A stretch of DNA of 64,000 bases from Ochotona princeps (taxonomy: Eukaryota). The notes below the pieces were generated by a model. That model searched no databases. It was not told the origin of the DNA and saw only the letters and a list, made by a program, of their open reading frames with translations. Shown in pieces: positions 13,256 to 26,500 of this stretch. Position 1 is the stretch's first letter; the number at the start of each line of letters is the position of its first letter. Made by a program: the position numbers and the translations under genes. The stretch is taken from NCBI RefSeq assembly GCF_030435755.1, contig NC_080843.1, positions 68,670,485 to 68,734,484 of the forward strand, given 5' to 3'.

Positions 13256-16200
13256 AAGTGGTGATTTTCAAAGCAGAGGATTAATTTACAATAACTTGGG
13301 TCATGGGACTCTGATTACATTCTCTTACTATAGGATATTTTTTGTGAGTTTTGGTTTTCAATATTAAGGGGAAATTGATTATCACATTGTATTGTTCCAT
13401 AACAAAATCATCTGTGGCAGTATTAAAAATTTTATGTCATGAGCATGTTTATTTAAAGTTTAAGCAATCGTATTTAATATTATACTATGTATCTTTTGAG
13501 TTTGCCAGTCCCTGATGATAAATTATTTCTCATAATTATATTTCAGTGTGGTGGTATCATACTTTTCTGGGAAGTTATTCAAGTAAACAATTCCTTTTAT
13601 TTTTCCATGTGTCAGTTTTTGCTGGCAGACTATCTTGGAGAGGAAATAGCTTACCTTTAATTAAATTAATTTTTTTGATTGGAAGTTTCATTAAAATTCT
13701 TGCGGATTTGAAAATGGATGGTTGTCAGGCATAATTGAAATGTATTCTCTTATACCAGTGAAGTTTTTTCATACATTGTCTTATTCATTATTGCTCAGAC
13801 ACTGTGATGTAAATGGAATTATTTTCTAAAAGTTACTGCATTGACAGGCTTTTGTTTTTGACAGTTCTATGAAAACATGATTGGAGATGCAAAGCAGTAG
13901 TCAGATATTCTCGTGTTTCTCATTACAGCGATGGAGAATCAGATTTTTAAAAATTTATGACATTAATTGGATGGTGGGAGTTTTAACGTTAACTGTAACT
14001 CTGCAAAATCAATTGTATTTAAATCTACGTTGCCCATCATCTATATTTCATTCATCTAATCCTTAATTTTTCACATTGTATTTCACTTTAACGCTCTATT
14101 AGGATTGGGAGAGACTTGATTTTTTGATGTTCCTGCCAAGTGAAGTTTAGTCAGGGCTTTGAAATGCAGTATGATTCGTTCAAGAGCATTTGAATGCCAG
14201 CACACACAGAGATGACCTAATCTCCTGAACATGAGTAGTGTTGGCTCTGGCTCCAACAGCAGAGCCCTCTACAGCTTTTCCCTGCGGCCAGAACAGCCTT
14301 ACTCCCGTTGAACAAGTTTGTCCTGGGACCAGTCACCTTCTGAGTGGCAGTCAAGGGAACACTTCTGAACTCCCAGTCAATTGCTTTTGAGTATTTTTGT
14401 ATGGTTAAACAACATTGTGGATGGTTTTAATCAGTATTTTTTTTTTTTGTAAATCAGTTTGCAGAGAAAGATTCTCAAATGTCATTTGCTTAAAAGAGAA
14501 AGATACAAAAATAAATTTAAATAGTGTTCGCAGCACGAAATTGTCAATGTATGCTTTTTTGTAAAAAGGTATTATGAAACATTTTTAGTACTATAATATT
14601 ATATTTTCTTTTGTGTCATGATTTCAAGTACCAGGCTTAAAGTGTATAAGTTTTAGGTTTCATGTGCTATTTGCAATTCATGTGCATCTAATAAAGGAAC
14701 ACGTATTTTTTTCTTCACTGCTTTATTATACTAGTGTATTTTGTTAGGATTTTCGTTCTCTTTATAAGTGAAGACTTTGGTGTTTTGTTTTTTAGATATA
14801 TGCAGTTGTTAGAGAATTTTCCTCTTTGACTTTCATAAATTTCAGTTTGTTGGTGCTTTGGGTGTTTTGGATTTTTCTATCAAAAATTAGTGCTGAGAAT
14901 TTAGTGGAAAAGATTCCCTGTTTGTTCTTACTCCTAACATATTAGTACTGCTAGAGGAAACCTGTTATTGGAGTTCCCATGTGCTGGAAGAGGAATTCTC
15001 AGGAACTAAAACTGACTTCTGTGACACAGTCTTTAGCACTAGGCCTTCATTGTTGAGTCTGAAACAAGCATGCGGTATATTTCAGTAACGGCTGATTTGT
15101 AAATTCTGTAATTAATACCAGTGTTCCCAAATCACAGCTTCAGTGGGATACACAATGCAGGTTTGGAATGAGAATGCATATGGCGATAATGAGAAGAAAG
15201 TTGATGAAAGAAGGATCAAACGCATGGTGACAAGCTTTAAGCAAGTTGACATTCGGGGACAGGTGACAGTGGTGAATAGTGGAAAGGGATGACAGTGAGC
15301 CAAGGCAGAGGCAGTTTTCCCGTGGGTATCCAAATGTATCCTGTGTGCCTGATTGAGGCACCTAGTGTGATAGGAGAGCCTGGCAGGCGAGGCAGTGGGG
15401 CAGTGATGTCCATTCTGTCCTGATCACTTGTTAGTGTTCTGTGTTGATAGTGAGCCATCGGTATGAATGGACTCTGGGGGTAGAGGTGGGAGACTCTCAC
15501 ATAAGTAGCAGGTTCCAGACATCTAAAAACATTTTTAGGTCAGTTTTCTACTGAAGAATATTGATGCAATCACTGCTAATTAAAAAGTTCATCTCAAATT
15601 ACATAGGCCTGTGTAAGTTCATTTCACCCTAAGCAAATAAATGAGAAGTGATCTTAACGCTTTGTGAGCACGTGGTTTTATGTGTCAGCTGTCTTCATTC
15701 CTGAAGTTTGAAAGACAGTAGAATTACTCTGTGTTCAGATTGCCAAGCTTTGTTCACTTGTGTTAAATGAGTTATGTGTACGTACTGTTTCTCAAGTAAA
15801 TATTCTTGTAAGTGATACTATATACTCTAATAATCCTCTGGGGGAAATAATGAAAAATTGCTTAGAGATTCTTCATTTAAACTTTGGAAATGTGTGATTG
15901 TATTTTAAAAGCTGTTATTAAAATCACATTGATCTCTTTGTTTTTTGTTAACTATGTTACAAATTTAATGACTTAGGTTTGAAATGTGTAAGAATATTTA
16001 TAGCCCTATCAGACAGCTCTGTTATCTTGATCTTTTGGGTTTTTATAGTCCCTTTTTCTGGAAAGCCACGTCTAAGTTATAAATATCTCCATAGTTTTCT
16101 CTTGCTGAAGCTTACTTGATTATCTTTTATTACATTTTTTTTATATATGATGAACAAGCAGAACTGTTTTTGTGTTAAATGGTGTTTTTATTCCTTCTGA

Positions 16201-17460
16201 GTAACAGAAGCTCTTTCCGGTTTGATAACACTACAGTTTTTAAATTAACATAGCCAGTGTTTGTACATACATATATTGCAAACTTCGTGTTCAAGTGTCT
16301 GGCTTGGTGACCTGGCCCACAAGGTTCCCTACCAAGTCTGCTTGGCTGCAGCAGATACTATATTTTGTTGGATGTGCTTTATTTTAGAAAGAATATTAGC
16401 TGAGAATTGTTCTTTTTCTAGAAAAAGAGGTAGTTTTCTGCTTGTTCATGTAAATAACATTTCAGTCGTGTCGTATATTATCTGAGTCACAAAACTGGAG
16501 ACTTAACATTAGTAGAATTAAGTTAAATTACATTGAGGTATAATACACAATTTTCTCCTTTTGAAATTTTCTTGTATTCAAAAATAAGTCAGCAAGAATT
16601 TTTAAAAGTTATCTGTTAGATGATCCTGCTTTGCATTCATTGTAATAGAAGTCAAACTTTTATTCTCAATCTCTTTTTATAAATAGTAATTTCTTGGTGG
16701 CACTGTCCGGGACCTTGAATTGCCGTAGTCATATTTTTTTCTCTGCCTGGATCTTCCTTGTTTTATCTTCTCACATGCAGAAAATTATTGTGTGTTTGTC
16801 AGCCCTACTGGGCTTTGGGGAGTGAATAAGGTTTTGGGTCTGTTTCTGGGTTTCAGAAGGTCTGTGTAACTAGACTTCTATGGCTGTTACTATTTATGTT
16901 TTTTGTACAAGTACTATGTGTTTTTTATTTACATGTTTAATTTCTATAAATGTTTTATTTTCATGCGTGAAATGAACAGTGTTCCAGTTTACATTTGACC
17001 AGAAGTATTGTTTTTCTCCTCAGTTTATTTTGTCATAATTCTATGATGTCTAACAGTATGAAAGTTGGGACATTCTTTATGTCGATGTAAGTTACCAGGC
17101 ATTTGTTTCTAATTAGAAATAAACAATCTCACAGCTATCTTGTTAGTTTGAACTCATCGGTGTTGGAGGCAAGGATATCACTTTGCTCCGTATTCTAGTT
17201 GATTACAAGTTCATGTATACATTAAGGTAAGTTAGGTGTGAATACTTAGCAAACTGAAAGTGATCATTGGAGTAACTGCAGAGTGACTTTGTCTTAGTTA
17301 TGTAGACTTATGTGAAGCCATGTCATTCAAGATTTCACTACAGTTCATTGTAGCAAGGTTTGTCGTGGGGTGTACTGTTCCTGGGCACTTTTTAAATGCT
17401 CAGGATTTAACAGTGGAAATAAATTTTGAATTTCTTTTAGACTCATTTATCCTGTGTTGT

Positions 17461-17760
17461 TTTTTTTTTTCATAATTTATTCATTAACTTATTTATGGCA
17501 GCCCCAGCAACAGAGAGATCTTCTGTTTGCTGACTAACTTCTCAGATGGCTACAACACCGAGGACTGAACAAGGCTGGAGCCTGGAGCACAATAATAGCA
17601 ATAGAAACTCAAACTGACGTTGCAGTCTGGGATGTCGCCATTGCAGACAGCAGCGTAGCCAGCTGTGGGTGCCACAGTGGGATGGTCTCATTAACCATCA
17701 TCCTAGGCACATTGCCAAGAGTTGGACTGCAAGCACAGCAACTGTAACTTTTAAAAAGGA
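17461..17760 (-). mobile_element. CSINE-related SINE, diverged
   Basis: T10 then cataatttattcattaacttatttatggcagccccagcaacagagagatcttctgtttgctgact... Confidence 0.45.
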
Positions 17761-17974
17761 AATTGCTTGACATTTACTGTTTACCATCCTGTAGATTTCT
17801 GAAAAGGATTCAGAGGTTACCCACCCATCAAACTTACTTCCCTGTTTAACAGTCCCACTATTATGTTGTTAGGAAGCCACAAAAATTTATTCGTTTTTCT
17901 GTGGCTAGTATTTAGATTAATACTTGATGATCCTTTGAGGGAAAATGAGACTTTTTTTTTTTGCTATTAATGTA

Positions 17975-18290
17975 TTTGAAAGGCAGAATTATAGGGAAGG
18001 AAGGAAGGAGAGACCAGGGGAGGTTGCTTTCTGTCCTCTGGTTCACTCCCCTAGTGGCCACATCAGCTAGGGTAAGGCCAGGCTGAAGCTAGAACGTAGC
18101 TTCTTTTGGGTCTCCGATGTGCACAGCAGAGGCCCAGGTGCTTGGGTCATTTTCTGCTGATTTTCCAGGCAAACTAGTAGGGAGCTGGACTAGAGGTAGA
18201 GCAGCTGAGACCCAAATGGACACCCTTTTGGGAGGTTGGGATTGCAGGCAGCAACTTAACCTTCAGCACCACTCACTGGCTAGCTCCTAA
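17975..18290 (-). mobile_element. CSINE-related SINE, diverged
   Basis: ...gaaaggcagaattatagggaagg...ctggttcactcccctagtggccacatcagctagggtaagg... Confidence 0.55.
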
Positions 18291-18294
18291 ATCC

Positions 18295-18500
18295 TCACCC
18301 TGCTTGTGGCCTGGGAAAGCAGTCGAGGACGGCCCAAAGTCTTGGGACCCTGCACCTGTGTACGAGACCTGGAAGATGTTCCGGGCTCCTGGCTTCGGAT
18401 CAGGTCAGCTCCAGCCTCTTTGACCACTTGGGGAGTGAGTGAATGGAGCATTTTTCTGTCTCTCCTCTCTGTATACCTGCCTTTCCAATAAAATATATCT
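18295..18500 (+). mobile_element. CSINE, 5'-truncated
   Basis: ccctgcttgtggcctgggaaagcagtcgaggacggcccaaagtcttgggaccctgcacctg...ctgtatacctgcctttccaataaaat. Confidence 0.75.
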
Positions 18501-19478
18501 TGAGAAATATATGTTTGTTTGAATGAAGTAGCATGAGAAAAGGATAGAGATCTTCCATCTGCTAGTTATTTAAACTACCTCATACGCGCATTTCTGGAGG
18601 TAAAAAATAAGTTGAATGTTGGAAATTCTTTGAAAATGACATGGTTTTAAGTTTGGGAAGATGTAATACTAATAAAGAAAATACATATTCAAACTACTTC
18701 AGATTTTCATCTTATGCTAATGTATCTTGTTATTTGACATTTAAGAGAGGTAAGTTACGTTAGGGTGTACAAGTTTACATTAAATTTTTTTACCTGTCAG
18801 TGGTAAAAATGTTTCATAGGTTAATATATATTTAATAATCTGAATTCCTTCAATCATAGATGTATTCAGTGTTTGCTGTGGTTGCTATGTTGATAGTAAG
18901 TTTTTTGCAGTTTGGGCACTGTGGGACTGATTCGAGCTTAGTGGGCAAATCCTTTGCTGTCATGAGAGTTGCGTTCTTGATCTAGAGAAACTAAGTAAAA
19001 TGCAAATATAGTTGAATTGTCTGACTACTGTGATGATCGTTGTAGAGAACACTAAAGCTGTGGTTTCAGAAAAGAAATAGAAGAAACCCATCTAAGTTAA
19101 TATAGGAAAAAATTACTGATTTAGTGTATGCTGAATAAATGGATTGCTCTGCCATAATTCTTCTGAAGCTGTGCCGACGCCATGTGACTTTGAATTTTTG
19201 AGGTGAGACTTCTGAGACTTGATTTTTTAAATGTTATTGTAATTCATTTGCCACCTCAGTGTTAAGCATATGGGAAACATCTTGGGTTTGTGTGACCTAA
19301 CTTAGAAAATACAGCGTCTCCATTTGATGTGCCAAGGTTTGATATGAAGCCAACAAAAAGTAAAGTGTCTCAATGTTATGTGTTTATATTTGAAGCTACA
19401 CCATATTAAGTACAGTAGGTCTAATAAAAGGGCCGGTGACGCTGGTTACCTGTGCTGTTTCGTTTGTTTTCCCCTCCT

Positions 19479-19645
19479 TTTTTTTTTTTTTTTTTTTTTT
19501 AAGGATTTATTTTATTTTCATTACAAAGTCAGATATACTGAGAGGAGGAGAGACAGAGAGGAAGTGGAGCTGCCGGGATTAGAACCAGCGGCCATATGGG
19601 ATCAAGGCGAGGACCTTAGCCACTGGGCCACGCCGCCAAGCCCTT
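19479..19645 (-). mobile_element. CSINE with internal deletion
   Basis: T22 tail; aaggatttattttattttcattacaaagtcagatatactgagaggaggagagacagagaggaagtggagctgccgggattagaaccagcgg...ccacgccgccaagccc. Confidence 0.75.
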
Positions 19646-20103
19646 CCCCTCCGTTTAATGTCACTCAGGACATTTGAAATTTTACATATGGCTCACATTT
19701 TTCTTGAGGGCAGCGTAGAATAACTTTGTCAAAATTAACTTTTCCCTTCATGATAATCAGAACCCCATTATATAGCAAGTAATGATGGAAGTTATTTTTA
19801 TTGTTTAAGATGAATAACAGACGGCTTAACTTCACTACTTGTCCAGTATTGTTTGTTTTTAAGTGTTAGTGCGAGGCAGTTTCCTGATACTTGCCTGACA
19901 GCAGGGAAGAAAGTTGAGCACCTTGTTCTCTGGATTGTTCTTGATGTAATTCTTTCACTTCTGTTACTTTGCTGTAGTAATTATCTATTTAATAAAGGTT
20001 TTAATTGGATGTAGTAAGTTTTGAAGGAATTGTTCTGCTCTGTTGCTTAGACAGTTGTTCATTGTACAAGAGTAGGAACCTTTTTGATGTAGAAAAGTTT
20101 TGA

Positions 20104-20400
20104 GGGGCCAGTGTGGTAGCCTAGTGGCTAAATCTCACCTTATATCATCCTATGTAGGCGCTAGTTCATGTTATGGCTGCCCTACTTCCCATCTTACTCT
20201 GCTTGTGGCCTGGGAAGGTGGAGGATGGCCCAAAGCCTTGTTACCCTTCACTCAAATGGAAGACCCAGAAAAGTCTCCTGGATGCTTGGCTCCTACTCTT
20301 GGGCCCCTTGTAAAGTGAGCCAGAGGATGGAAGATCTTTCTCTCTGGCTCCTCTGTAAATCTGACTTTACAAGAAGAATGTATAAATCTTTTTTTTTTTA
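20104..20400 (+). mobile_element. CSINE SINE, diverged
   Basis: ggccagtgtggtagcctagtggctaaatctcacc...ctgcttgtggcctgggaaggtggaggatggcccaaagcc... Confidence 0.7.
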
Positions 20401-21811
20401 AATAAAGTTTTGAGGGAGAAAGAGCTCCCATCTACTAGTTCACTGCTAGGCTGGGCCTCTCTGGGGTTCGGGTGCTCCATTGGAGTTTGGACCAAGAGCT
20501 GGGAGTGGAACCCAGGTATTCCAATGTGAGGTACAGGGATTTCGCTCGTATCTTAACTGCCAAAGTACATTCTTATCAGAACAGTGTAGGTCTTAATGAT
20601 AGTATCTGTTCTGATTTCCTTACAAGTTCTTATTAAATGCTGAGTGAATGGATGACCTCACTCATGAGACAGCTAATGAGCAGACACCATTGTATAAAAT
20701 AAGGTGTCTGCTCTCTGAGCATTTGACTCTTACTGGATGCATGTATTGCTATAAATGTCTGAACGTGCTTTGACTACCAAAAAGCTAATCACTCACCTGT
20801 TTTGGGAGACCTGGAAGAGTTCACCGGGCAGTGGGTATGTGCCATCTGTCAGGTTTTTAGGAGACCAGGAAAAGGATTCGAGGCCAGTAGGATGGTCTGA
20901 TCACAGAGCTATTGAGAATGAGCTGGTCTTTGTAGATGAGCTGAAGCTGACTAAGGTTGAATTAATACAGAGCAGAGAAGCAAAATTCAGGTAAGCTTGT
21001 AACTGATTTAAGTTTTAGATCTTTACTGTTTAGGCAACTAGTAGTTAAGTCAGTCACTGTAAGAATGACTGGGTCAGTAACATGTCTCCCCTGATACTGC
21101 GAGTGTATTTAGTGGAACTGAGAGTTGTTCACATTCCAGGTAAGAGTAATTCAGAGAGAGAATGAATTTACTGGTGACTAGTGAGTTCCGGAGATAGGGA
21201 CTAACACTGAGAGGTCCTAGGTCGGATGATAGGTGGTGAATACTGAGACTTCAACGGTAAGTATGTCCGGGGTGTTGCTGGCACAGTGCGTAGGAGAGGC
21301 AGGTATAAGTCACTGGGTTTTCAAATGTTTCGATTTTCAGTGCAAATGGATGGTTTGTTAGGATTTTAGAACTTGGCAAAGCTCTTTGCTAAATGCATTC
21401 TTTCGCAACTACATTAATGAGAATAGCTGTGAAAGCCTCCCTAATGCATCCGGTTCTGCCCCTGCTCTTGTACTTTATTCTTAACAAAATAAAACAGGTG
21501 TCAGATTCAGGTCTGTCTCTTCCCAGTGCAGTGACTTTCATCTGAATTCACTCGCAACCATGGTATCAACTGAAGACTTTCATTTAGTTGGGTCTTTGTT
21601 TACCTGGTCACCCTCCATGCCTCCCTGTCTCACCTTGCTCACCCAACTCTGGAGTGGTTCATCTGACTCCAATATTTTTGGGGTGATGTCCTGGATTCAG
21701 TGTCACCAAGGATTCTCAAGAGAATTTTGGGCGGGGGAAAAAAAAAAGATTGACCCAGTTCATAGAGTGGCGTTTCTAGCACCACTAAGACGTGTGTGAA
21801 TAAGAATGCCT

Positions 21812-22155
21812 GTTTTTTTTGTTGTTGTTGTTAAAGATTTATTCATTTCATTACAGCCAGATATACACAGAGGAGGAGAGACAGAGAGGAAGATCTTCTG
21901 GCTGATGATTCACTCCCCAAGTGTGCCGCAATGGGCCGAAGCGCCCTGATCCGAAGCCGGGAACCTGGAACCTCTTCCAGGTCTCCCACGCGGTTGCAGG
22001 GTCCCAAGGCTTTGGGCCGTCCTCAACTGCTTTCCTAGGCCACAAGCAGAGAGCTGGCTGGGAAGTGGAGCTGCCGGAATTAGAACCGGCGCCCATATGG
22101 GATCCCGGGGCATTCAAGGCGAGGACTTTAGCCGCTAGGCCATGCCGCCGGGCCC
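21812..22155 (-). mobile_element. CSINE SINE with clear TSD
   Basis: TSD aagaatgcctg(t/g)tttt present at 21802-21816 and 22156-22170; body is near-consensus. Confidence 0.85.
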
Positions 22156-23799
22156 AAGAATGCCTGGTTTTTAAAAAATATATTTATATAGAAATTGTAT
22201 ATTTGTCCGGCCTGTGCATGTAATAATGAAGGAAAAAGTAGGCTGGCTTTCTATGGTTTTTGAGTTTTCAGCCCTCATAGGTGACGAGAAATGGAAAGAG
22301 ATTATTTAGCACCCTGCCATTATATTACAGGGTGATAGAAGAGCCAGCCAAGAGTATGAGAACAACATGCTGTGTGTAGAGATTGGCAGAACAGATGAGG
22401 CTGGAAAGTGGATGTGGTTGGCATTAGGGTGAGATGATAAAGTTTTAGCAACTGGGATAATGCACAAAACATAATTTTGCATATATTTTGGTTTCACCAA
22501 GTATACTCTGGTGTTGGTGAATCCAACAACAAAAGCAAAGTTTAAACACCCATTCTAGAACAGTAGCACTGTTTTCTACATGAGTGTTAAATGAAGGCTA
22601 ATGGTGTTAAACTATACCTACTTTTTCCCTGTTTTATCTTTACTTCGGTATTCATCAAAGAGACTTTTAGAAGCACCAAGTGAGAGAATGTTGGGTGTTA
22701 GGAGTACCTGGTCAGGAAATAACTTGGAAGGTCCCTTTAACACAACAACTTATAGTCATCATTGGTTTAATTATCTAAACATTTTGCGATCATATGTGCT
22801 TGTACAGACCTTGGTAGTCCAGTTGTTCATTCTGGCATCCATGTAATTGAGATTTCCGGGGAAATAGTTCATTAAAAATACTTTATTATGAAAGGAACAC
22901 ATAACTCTTAGACGTTTCTGTGTGATGTGTTATGGTAATATGTATTAAAAGGAAAAGGACATGTAATTTACAGTTTAAATAAATGTTCTTAGCATTTTTC
23001 AGCATTTCTGTTAGTTTTTGCCAAGCTCAGATATTTTGAGAAGTTCATAGGACTCACCAGGTCCCTTCTGACCCATGCTGCCTGAGGTCATTTTTTCTGA
23101 CAAGTTCTTTGCATGAGTATCATTTTTCATTTGGATACACAGTGGTGATTTGTGGAATAGACATCACATTAACATCTGGATTGATGTTAAAGTGATTTGA
23201 AATATTTCAAATCTGAAATTAATACTTTTTTAAGTTACTTAGGAAAATACTGAATTTTTGTTTTGTCTTTGTTAAATACACCACATATATTAAATTTAAG
23301 TTTTGGTCTCTGTATTTTTAAAGTAAATATGAGTTGAAAAAGAGGGAATTTCACCGAGTCCTGCAAGAAAGTTTTCTATTTTTGCTATTTTCTCTCCTTG
23401 CCCTCAGAAATGATGAAAAGTGCAATTTATGTTGCAGTATTTGGAAAGAAGTTTGAATATCCAGTTATGTTTACATCATGATAGAGTTTTTGTTGATACC
23501 ATGCTATACTATGTTTCAAAAGTATTGCTAAGGCACAAGTAGACACCACTAGGATATATGTTTTTCCTATTGTGTATTCAAAATATACCTGGAGAGTGGA
23601 ATTTAAAAAAAGGCTTGTCATTTGCCGTAAAATCATTGTAATTGGAGAACATCTTGATAAATCTAATTAGATAGAAACCACATACTCTATTGTAATGTGA
23701 ACTTTAAAAAAAAAGTGCTTGTGAATGTAGAAGAATGGTTAATTTGGGATGGAATTAAAGCTGCCAGAATTAAGCTGGAAGCAATGGTAGACTGTTTAA

Positions 23800-24085
23800 A
23801 AATTTACTTATTTATTTATTTATGCAAGATTTAGAGAAAGAGGTTGAGATTGTCCACCAACTGGCCCACGCCCTAGATGGCCGCCAGGGCTGGCTGAAGC
23901 CTGAAGTCAGAACTTTCATCTGAGTCTCCCATAGGGTTTCATTGGCCCAACACGTGGGGCATCTTCCACTGTCCTGGCCAATAGCAGAGAGCTGGATCAG
24001 AAGTGGAGCTGCCGAGACTCAAACTGGTACCCATATGGGATGCTAGCATTGTAGAGAGCAACGTGAAGCCCGCCCGGTGCTGGGT
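23800..24085 (-). mobile_element. CSINE-related SINE, diverged
   Basis: ttatttatttatttatgcaagatttagagaaagagg...ccaatagcagagagctggatcagaagtggagctgccgagactcaaactgg... Confidence 0.55.
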
Positions 24086-24299
24086 CCAGGATGACATGAA
24101 CAGCACAGTGGGGATGACAAGAGCTCACAGTACCTTGTAGGTTTTATAAACACATGGAGGAGAGGACCCAGAGCTCCAGGCATGGAGTGCTTAGGGAAAG
24201 GAGAATGTGTGTCACTCACTTGTTTAGTGTATATTATATGCATGTATTAACATGTCACACAATGGCAGTAAGTATTTCTTGAATATTGCTCATTTAACA

Positions 24300-24570
24300 G
24301 AAATGTTTATTTGAAAGAGTGAGCTCACCATTGGTTCACTCCCCAAATGTCCACAGAAATTTGGGTTCTCAGTCGCATACCAAAAGCCTGCAACTTCATC
24401 TTGATTTGCTGCCAGAGTCAGAGGAACTCAAAGTCTTGGTCAGTTCTCCATTGCATTTTAGGTTTGTTAGCAAGGAGCTGTATTGGAAGCCGAATAGCTA
24501 GGGCGTGGATGACAGTCCTCTAAGTGTTGCAGGGATTGCTGTTGCCAGCTTAGCTGCTACGCTGTCATAC
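24300..24570 (-). mobile_element. CSINE-related SINE, old
   Basis: ttatttgaaagagtgagctcaccattggttcactccccaaatgtccacag...gcaaggagctgtattggaagccg... Confidence 0.45.
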
Positions 24571-24609
24571 CTGACCTTGGTTTTTTTTCCTTTTAAATGC
24601 TTATAAACA

Positions 24610-25130
24610 GTGTTTTTTTTTTTTTTAATTATTTATTATTTAACTTCATTAATTACATTGTATTATGTGACACAGTTACATAGATACTTGGGTTCTCCCA
24701 CCCCTCCCCAAACCCTCCAACCATGGTGGATTCCTCCACCTTGTTGCATAACCACAGCTCAAGTTCAGTTGAGATTCCCCCATTGCAAGCGTATACCAAA
24801 CATAGAGTCCAGCATCTTATTGTCCAGTCAAGTTCAACGGCTTCTTAGGTATACCCTCTCTGGTCTGAAGACAGAGCCAGCAGAGTATCATCCCAGTCAA
24901 TTGAAAGCTCCAACATACCATCAGCAAAAATTTACATCATTATGGAATTAATTGACATAGTAATGAGTAACCAATATGTTAAAAGTAAATGCGAGTTCCC
25001 AGCCACCTTCTGTGACCACCTCACCTATACCTCAATTTATAAACAGTGTTTCAGGAGATGGAAATGCCAACTCACCCGAATTGGTTATCACAGAATGAAT
25101 GTAGTCTCCTGGAAAGATATATATATATAT
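24610..25130 (-). mobile_element. Unclassified retroposon 3' end, possibly a LINE/L1 3'UTR fragment
   Basis: Starts with T14 (antisense A tail) followed by about 500 bp of non-SINE repeat-like sequence; classification not possible without a repeat library. Confidence 0.3.
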
Positions 25131-25133
25131 ATA

Positions 25134-25465
25134 CTTTTTTAAAGATTTATTCATTTTATTACAGACAGATATACACAGAGGAGGAGAGACAGAGAGGAAA
25201 ATCTTCCATCCGATGATTCACTCCCCAAGTGAGCCGCAACGGGCCGATGCGCCCCGATCCAAAGCCAGGAACCCGGAACCTCTTCCGGGTCTCCCACGCG
25301 GGTGCAGTGTCCCAATGCATTGGGCCATCCTTGCCTGCTTTCCCAGGCCACAAGCAGGGAGCTGGATGGGAAGTGGAGCTGGCGGGATTAGAACCAGCGC
25401 CCATATGGGATCCCGGGGCATTCAAGGCGAGGACTTTAGCCGCTAGGCCACGCCGCTGGGCCCAA
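25134..25465 (-). mobile_element. CSINE SINE, near consensus
   Basis: ttttttaaagatttattcattttattacagacagatatacacagaggaggagagacagag...ccacgccgctgggccc. Confidence 0.85.
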
Positions 25466-25929
25466 GAAATATATTTTTGAATTTGTTCATAAGGGAGTCT
25501 CAAAAAAGTATATGGAAGCCCTACAGTAGGAAAGTATTCTGTATCAATTTCAAAATTTTTTCTATCAGAATAAACTTACTGGTTTTAAGTCAGATTTTCT
25601 CAAACTTTTAAGGAACCCTCATGACACACACAGTGTAAATAATTGTAATGTATTCAGTAAAGCAGAGACTGAAAGAGGAAGAATCCCTGTTTTCTGGCTC
25701 CTGCCCCATTGGGCCAGTGTTGACCCCCGGAGTCAGGAACTCAGTCCAAGTCATCCTTGTGAATGGCACAAACCCAGTGACTTGGACTATCCGTTTCTTA
25801 CAAGGCACATTAACAGGGAGCTAGAACTTCCGGACTGTAAGCCACCATTACGTAGGCTTACTGTTACAGAAAGTGACCCCCCCCCCTTTGATATCTGCAT
25901 TCCACCTCAGTTGCATCTTTTTGAAATTA

Positions 25930-26217
25930 TTTATTTATTTTTGTTAGATACAGAGAAGAAGAGATAGAGAGGAAGATCTTCCATCCAAGTGGCCGCAACA
26001 ACTATAGCTGAGCTGATCTGAAGCCAGGAGCCCAGAGCTGCCTTTGGGTCTCCCACACGGGTGCAGGGGCCCAAGGCTTTGGGCCATCCTCTACTTCCTT
26101 CCTAGACTATAAGCAGGAAACTGGATGGGAAGTGCGGCTGCTGGGATGTGAATTGGCACTTCAATGGGATCCTGGCGCATGAAAGGCAAGAACTTTACCA
26201 CTAGGCTATGGTGCCTG
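25930..26217 (-). mobile_element. CSINE-related SINE, diverged
   Basis: ...gttagatacagagaagaagagatagagaggaagatcttccatccaagtggccgcaac... Confidence 0.55.
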
Positions 26218-26220
26218 TTT

Positions 26221-26500
26221 TCTTTAAAGATTTACTGTATTGCTGTGTGAAAGGCGAAGCTACAGAGAGGAAAGACAAAGGTCCTGCTGGTTTACTCCCC
26301 ACATGGCTGCAATGGCTAGAGCTGAACGAATCTGAAACCAGGAGCCAAGGGTGACTTTCAGAGCTCCCACAGGGACTAGAGCCATCCCTAAGGACTTGAG
26401 CTTTGTGGTGTTTTCCACTAGCAGGGAACTGGATTGCCAAGCATGTGGGATGCTGGTGTTGCAGGTAAAGGCTTAACTTACTATGCCACAGCACCGGGCC
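26221..26500 (-). mobile_element. CSINE-related SINE, diverged; tandem with the previous copy
   Basis: tctttaaagatttactgtattgctgtgtgaaaggcgaagctacagagagg...ccacagcaccgggccc. Confidence 0.55.
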
